From the NCBI GenBank assembly GCA_012295275.1, contig CM022669.1:1-64000 (forward strand): 64,000 bases of DNA, in the 5' to 3' direction. Positions 53,774 through 64,000 of the stretch are shown piece after piece. Source of the DNA: Chrysomallon squamiferum. Taxonomy: Eukaryota; Animalia; Mollusca. Under the pieces are notes generated by a model that did not search any database, was not told the DNA's origin, and saw nothing but the letters and a program-made list of their open reading frames with translations. Position 1 is the stretch's first letter. Every line of letters begins with the position of its first letter. Made by a program: the position numbers and the translations under genes.

Positions 53774-56040
53774 TGTTTTATTTATTACTTGTCTGAAGAC
53801 AAATTACTGCTATCAACGACTTAATTTGGAAGAAGAAATTCGGCTAAAGTGGATTTTATCTGTTAACCATTAGAAGATCATGTTTAATACGTAATAAATG
53901 CTAGGTAGTTTTTTCACATGATTGATTTTGTTGTTATTTTCTACTCAAATCTCTTTTTTTTTTTTTTTTTTTTTTTTTATATTTGAAGTTACTTTTTATA
54001 ATAATAATATTAATAATAATTTCTATAAATAAGGAGGTTTTGAAACTTGTCCAGGTTATAATACTGAAAAAGCAAAAAAAAAAAAAAAAAAAAAAAAAGA
54101 AAAGATGTATAATGTAAACAAACTTTTTCAGATTTAGTTTCTTTTTTTTTTTTTTGTATCGAAAATAATTGTTTTAGAATGTTGATGGTTTTCCTAGCCC
54201 GCCACGCATATGATATATTAACGCTTTGTTAAAAATTAACGCTTATTTTAAATATTATCCTAACGCTCATACAAATGTTCACTATTTATTTTTTTCAAAT
54301 AAAGGTTATTTTACATTTTATGTGAACACTGATTGCTCATTTTTGGGAATCAAAGTATTTTTAATTTTATCCTTAGACTCAATGTTAAGTTTCTTAAGTA
54401 GAAGCTAGTTATTTTTATCCTAACAATCACCATTAACTTTCCCAAGAAAAATACAACGTATTTAAAATATTACACTACATGCATCAAACATTTTTTACCA
54501 AATTATTATTTTTTTAAACAATAGCAATTTCAGGTTTATTCGAGCACTAAATCTAATCCTAACCCAAACATTATGCTCAAACATAACCGTAATGCTATCC
54601 TTAAATCTAACCGAACTTTTCAGACACCGACAGCAACAACAACCACAACAGCCGCGTCGTTGGCTGAGAACAGCAGACATTTTGTATCTAAATTAAGAAC
54701 CTGCTACCCTAAAGATTTGCATGTAATTTAGCAGAATATGACAGAAGTGTATAATTTGTTACTTGTATACGATTTAAAGATCCGCATAAGCTTATGGACG
54801 ATTATTTGTCTGTAGAATATCTGTTTTTTTTATCAATAATCTCATCATAAAAAAAAAAAAACGAGCACAAAGATGAAACTGAATATAGAAAAATAATGCG
54901 TAAGCAAAAACGTATTTCTGTAAATCGAAAGATGCTTGTCATCGAGTGACAGAGGATATTCATCCAAACGTCAGTCTGTGGTGTTCTCCGTCACGGCTCG
55001 GTTTAGCCAAAATATGCTCGTATGCTTATTCCTTTCCTTTTTCTACGTTCTTTACTTTGTTATTTATTTATTTATTTTTTAAGAGTATGTGGACGAATCG
55101 TCATGACACTTATGTGAACACAGTGAATACATAATTTATAACTGTGCTGTCATTTAATCAACTGTTAACATTCGATACAATGATTTAGTTAGGAAATAAA
55201 ATTATTGTACGATCACTGCAATGTATACGAATTAGAAATCGATAGAAATGTATGTCATCAGTCTTATTTTTACCTCACTCACTAAAAATGTGACAGTCCG
55301 CGTACCTCGAACAACAAGTTCTTAGTGTTTGACTAAATGGCGGTTTACTCTGCAAGTTCACAATGTTTCTATTTGAAACGTACAATTACAGGTTATTTTA
55401 TTTTTCTAATGCAGTCATAATGTCTTTAGAATGAAATCTCCTTTGATAATATTAAATGATAATATTAAAAACCTTATATGTAATCATGCTAGTATTAAAA
55501 TCTATTCTCACTCATTATATATTTATTAAGTTATATCTTATCACAGAAATATATTTCTGGGTTTGGAGGCAAAGACTACAACAACTTTGACTATTACGAC
55601 TTTCACGTTGCTGGAAATCATCTTTTGACAGTTTTATATTACTAAAGGCAAGTGTTTCCCATATCCAAATACTACAGCATTTTTACTGCTTGAATTATTG
55701 AGTATACACGAGAACAAAACATTTGTAACACACATTGATTAATATTTATTCATTCATAATTATTATATAGACTTTTTTTGAGAAATCATTCTAAACAGAT
55801 TACTGTATTGCATTACAACAATAGCAGCAGCAACGACGACACGAACAATAAGAAAAGTAAACAAAGAACAAGAAGTTTTTCAATCCATTCACATATTAGC
55901 TGCTATTTATTTAGTGTTAGTAGTATTTTTTTTTTTTTTTAAATCATGTTCTGTTTCTTTCCTTTTTCCTTTTTCTAATTAAATTAATTTTAATTTTTAC
56001 ATCGTACACAATCTGGACTTGTGCTTAGCGTAAGTTTTTA

Positions 56041-56081
<41 letters not shown>

Positions 56082-56390
56082 TAATGATAGTAGTAGTAGT
56101 AGTAGTAGTAGTAGTTGTAGTAGTTGTAGTAATAATGCCATGAAATGGTTATTTTTACAAATGTAGGATGATATACCTCTATTAAATAAAATATGAAGTC
56201 GTCGAAATAACGCGAAAACTGGTGACACATTTTCCCGGAATTTCACAATGATTCACGCCCACTTACCTTTTTTATGTAATGGATTACGAATAGGAAACAT
56301 GAATGGAAATTAAATAGCAGTGTAATATCCGGGTTTCATAATTTCAAAACAAAAAAACAATCAACGAAGAAAATTGTTAGGCATTTGCAA

Positions 56391-56429
<39 letters not shown>

Positions 56430-57490
56430 ATTAATTAATTAATTAATTAATAAAATAAAATAAAATAAAATAAAATAAAATAAAATAAATAAATAAATAA
56501 ATAAATAAATAAAATTAAAGAAAGAAACAAATCAAGAAATAAAAACAAACAAACAAACAAATGAATGAATGAATAAATAATGAAATAAAAGAGAAAGCAT
56601 TTACTATTATGCTTATCCCACATCGCGTTTGGACATCAAATGTTTTTTATGAGTCATGTTTCGAAAATAAACACTTCTCGTGTTACTGCTTATTGCTTGT
56701 AAATTACACTTTCCTGTTAAACGGCTTAAAAGATAAAAAGATTTTAAGTAATTATAAGTATTCAGTTAATCTACATTTCCCCTGAAACACCCATTATCAG
56801 AAAATACGGAAGAAAAAATAAATCTGAAAAATTCCTTTTACTTTTGAAAAACAAACTATTTTGGTAATCGCAAATCATTATAAATTGCTGGTCATAATTT
56901 TTATTTTTATTTATTAATAATTCTTTTTTGATTTTTACTTTGCCTTCTTAAAAAATTTATATTCATGTACATGTAGTCGCTTTTTATATTTTGTTAAATT
57001 TAAAAGAAAAACTAAAGAAAAACATACAGATTTCGCAATATGAATTCGCGCTAAAAAAAAATTAAAAATATTATTTGGAACCTTACCGCTTGTAGATTGC
57101 AGTCAATACAAAAAGATGAAAATCTTATATATTCCAGTAAAATAATTATTTTCAAAAAATGTGGCCTTAAATATTTTGTTAATGTCGATTATTTTTATAG
57201 TGTTCAGGAATGTTGTTTTTTGTTGTTGTTTTTTTTAATTATTATAACCTGGACGAGTTTCAAAACCTTTACATTTATAGATAATATTTTATTAAAGAGT
57301 TTTATTTTGAAAACAAATTTCAGGTATCTGATTTTATCAAGTCAAAGGTGATTGTGGGGAAAAAAAAAAGGTCACCATCCAAATCTGTAAATGTACGACG
57401 TTTCACCATCTCTTCAACCAGTCACGGATCTGAAAATACCAAACATTTGATAAAAAATATAGCCAAAAAACTCCCCCAAAAAACAAAAAC

Positions 57491-60400
57491 ATGGAACATA
57501 GTACAGGTTCTATGGAGTGTGAGAAAGAATCTGAAACATCAGAAGGAAATCGTGCAGCTACTGGTGATGAAACATCTTCTTCTTCATCTGGTGCAAGACC
57601 TAAAACAAATACTGAAGAAACACCAAAGTCTTCTAAACAGTATAAGAAAGAATCTGAAACACCAGAAGTAAATCCTGCAGCTACTGGTGATGAAACACCT
57701 TCTTCTTCATCTGGTGCAAGACCTAAAACAAATACTGAAGAAACACCAAAGTCTTCTAAACAGTATAAGAAAGAACCTGAAACACCAGAAGTAAATCCTG
57801 CAGCTACTGGTGATGAAACACCTTCTTCTTCATCTGGTGCAATACCTAAAACAAATACTGAAGAAACACCAAAGTCTTCTAAACAGTATAAGAAAGAATC
57901 TGAAACACCAGAAGTAAATCCTGCAGCTACTGGTGATGAAACACCTTCTTCTTCATCTGGTGCAATACCTAAAACAAATACTGAAGAAACACCAAAGTCT
58001 TCTAAACAGTATAAGAAAGAATCTGAAACACCAGAAGTAAATCCTGCAGCTACTGGTGATGAAACACCTTCTTCTTCATCTGGTGCAATACCTAAAACAA
58101 ATACTGAAGAAACACCAAAGTCTTCTAAACAGTATACGAAAGAATCTGAAACACCAGAAGTAAATCCTGCAGCTACTGGTGCAAGACCTAAAATAAAGTC
58201 GACTCCTAAAATAAAGGGAGATCGGATTCGCAAGTTTGATGAGTTTATTGAGAAGTTCAGTCTACAATCAGTATCCAGAGGAGAAATAAATAAGTTTTTT
58301 GATGATGAAGTTAGTCTTAGAAAACAACACATTAGTGAAGCTTCGTCTAAATTTAATGGTTTTAAGATTCGAATAAAAAAGAAATTAAAGGAAAGGACAG
58401 GCATTGATTGGGAATATTTTAACGACGGCTCATACTATGATGGAACAAAGGTTAGTACGGCTGTTGTTTCATAACTTGTAAAAGTCGGAAACTTTCTGAA
58501 CCATTAAACTTCACTTCTAATTGTATAAATTTTAGGTAAAAAACATATTTAGAAATAGACTGACCATTATTTTTATTTATTTATTTATTTATTTATTTAG
58601 TTATTTATTTTTGTGTTCCTCTTTTTTATTTTTATTTTTCTTCTTAATAATAATATTGTTATTATTGTTGTTTTTGTTATTGTTATTCTTAATTTTCTTT
58701 TGCCTCAAGAAATCGTACTGATGGAAAAATGAAATCCATTTTCTTTAGGTCAGTGCAAATGATTTGCTTCAGAAAGATGAACTAAAAATGTAGCTATATC
58801 TATTTTAAAGAACTGCTTCCAAACAATCATCCCTGTATAAACCACATGGAGAAAATAAATAGTTAATTATATATTATTTTATTTTGCAGGTCAAGTCTGC
58901 CGATGAAAGTGACTGTTTGTTAATCCCCAAAAACATAGAAATCGTTGATGTAGAATATCCAGGTGAGCATTATGGCTACTGTTCCATCATCCCTGACAAA
59001 AACAAGCTGCCTGAAGGTGTAGACCTTTTAGACGGAAATTATTTGAGTGCAGTGAAATTTCGGGAATATGTTTTTCAGCATTTGGAGAATATAGTGACAA
59101 AGTTTACAGAGTGGAAACGTAAGCAGTTTCACCTAAAATTTATTGTTTCTTCTGTCTGTCTGTCTGATCGTCTGTCTTTATTGCTTCCTGATGTTTGAAT
59201 TCATATTTTTATGTACATAAAACTAAGTACAATCACATATACATAACATTTATTTTATTTTACTTTCTGTAAATGTGCATTTGTCGTCCTGTTTTGTATT
59301 ACAGATTTATTGCTTGTCTGATCTATTAGTTTGTGTTGTATACGATAATTTCCGAAATCTTATTATTAGTTATGCATTAGGCCAGTGCGACATTCACGAG
59401 CGCAAGTAATCGTGACGTTGAGGAAATTATGCTAATTAAAACAAATAACTCTTTCAAAATTCTCCTACCAACTAATGTGAACTGAAACATTAAAACATAA
59501 TCTGCTGATGACTGAAACTGATACGAATTTAGGTCACTGGAATGCAACCATTAATTTTGTGTAGATGTATCTCTACAGCTGAACCTTTGCTGTCACGTAT
59601 CAGTAACAGACAGTTTGACATCAGACAGTCCTGTTTGACGATTATTCAACTGACTGTGGATTGGGAAACTATTTCAAATGCAGCAGATTTCTACTAATAT
59701 TTACCTGATTGTTTTAACTCTAATTTCAAGCTTATAATTAATCATTTAGTTTTATTTTATTTATTTACTGTGATTGTTTTTTTAATTTTTGTAGCTGTTG
59801 TCACATCTTCTTCTTCTTAAAATTGTCTTTGGCTGAACGTACATCACGTTTGTTTTGTTGCTTTTAAAAATACTTTTCATGATTGTTTTAATATCCTTTT
59901 CTTTTTTCATTTTTATTTGTTTTCCGTTTCTATTAATATGTTCAATACAGGAAAAGATGATGGATCCCCTACTTGGACCATGAGTTACAGGGATCCTATA
60001 AAAGGGGAAAATTTTGATCTGGATATTGTGCCTGCTCTAGCAGTACCGAAATGGCCGGATCATGCGAACTCTTTAGACAGACTCGAGAAAGAAAAATCTA
60101 AAAAGATAAAAAGAAAAGGTTTCCATGCTCTTCCCACAATCAGTTCGGGTAAATTTTTCACATACGGAAAACTTATTCTGTTATAATTAAGTGACCTGAT
60201 TAAGTGTATCTTTCCTCAAGAAAAAAATATTTAAGTTTTTGATATTGTATTGTAAGTCTGATCTGCGTTTTTATTTTTTTTTATGTTGTTTTTTTCCTAC
60301 AATTTTCGGATACGTAGGAATTTCATTTCATGATATCACAAAATGAGGATCAATGAATAATGCGTCATTTTCAGTTTTGAGCATTGTTTCTTTTTTTTCT

Positions 60401-60590
60401 TGTCGTCTTGTAACGTCACAGACATAAAATGACGTAATTTCTAATATACAGTATAAAGGTGTTTTGTAGAACGTGGAAGCAAATTAGAGAACTAGATTCC
60501 AAGATCTACATAAATAAAAATTATATTACATTGTTATTGTTTTCCGTCGGAAAATATTTTGAAGATTATCATAGGATGATGATGATGATG

Positions 60591-60683
<93 letters not shown>

Positions 60684-61210
60684 AATAAACAAATTTCCTG
60701 GGACTTGAATTTTATTTGTTTCTTTGTTTATTTATTTATTTATTTTATTTTGTTTTCAAATTCAGTTTGACTTCCATTTTCAGATGACCGCTTGTGGTGG
60801 ATGTCGTTTTGTCAGGCTGAGACAATGTTACTGATATATGCAGATAAAACAAAGGAAATAAAACCTTGCAGAACAGAGGTAATGCATATCTTGAAGAGAA
60901 TCCTGGAAAACACAAAAACAAGATCATCAGTAACAGCCGCAGAAATCACAACAGAAAAAATGTCATCACACACAGTCATAAAAACAAATTCATCAGACAC
61001 AGTCACAGAAATTACAACAGAAAAGACAACAGTCATAAAGATCATAAAAACAAACTCATTAGACACAGTCCCAAAGGAAAACAGAGTCATGGAGAAATTA
61101 CAAGAAGCGGCTGACCATATTCGAGAAAAGTTTGACGAATTTGGAATTAACTTCAAAGTGATGATGTTTTCAACGCATCTTTGCGTATGTTCATGTGGAC
61201 GTTGATGTGG
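57491..61210 (+). CDS. cGAS-like receptor (cGLR) copy C, 3'-incomplete; join(57491..58450,58890..59118,59951..60148,60784..>61210)
   Basis: Same motifs and splice sites as A and B. It has a 1-nt T deletion at ~61180, 30 nt from the contig end, which is probably a sequencing error. Confidence 0.86.
57524..58192 (+). repeat. 123-bp (41-aa) coding tandem repeat, 5 full units plus a partial
   Basis: Same unit as A and B, with a different order of GARPK/GAIPK variants. Confidence 0.95.
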
Positions 61211-61410
61211 NNNNNNNNNNNNNNNNNNNNNNNNNNNNNNNNNNNNNNNNNNNNNNNNNNNNNNNNNNNNNNNNNNNNNNNNNNNNNNNNNNNNNNNNNN
61301 NNNNNNNNNNNNNNNNNNNNNNNNNNNNNNNNNNNNNNNNNNNNNNNNNNNNNNNNNNNNNNNNNNNNNNNNNNNNNNNNNNNNNNNNNNNNNNNNNNNN
61401 NNNNNNNNNN
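61211..61410. other. Assembly gap (200 N)
   Basis: Run of Ns. Confidence 1.

Positions 61411-64000
<2,590 letters not shown>

Overview
AT-rich, microsatellite-rich, intron-containing animal (probably invertebrate) DNA. It is a tandem array of innate-immune genes, all on the + strand. Order: hAT1 (partial) - cGLR-A - cGLR-B - TNF-1 - hAT2 - truncated cGLR relic - TNF-2 - hAT3 - cGLR-C - 200-N gap - upstream region of a probable fourth cGLR unit. The cGLR genes (cGAS-like/Mab-21-fold nucleotidyltransferases) have 4 coding exons, an intact GSYYDGTK..E-x-D..D catalytic signature, a 41-aa tandem-repeat N-terminus and a long S/T-rich insertion in the C-lobe. The TNF-superfamily ligands have 5 exons, a type II transmembrane anchor, an RRKR furin-type site and a TNF homology domain. 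Defective Buster/Charlie-type hAT transposons mark module boundaries. The most striking points are the co-amplified cGLR+TNF module with NF-kB-type sites between the genes, mosaic cGLR paralogs whose exons diverge while adjacent introns stay near-identical, and a duplication junction that maps to the transposon end. All family calls are by motif recognition, with no database search. Some copies and frameshifts may be assembly artefacts.
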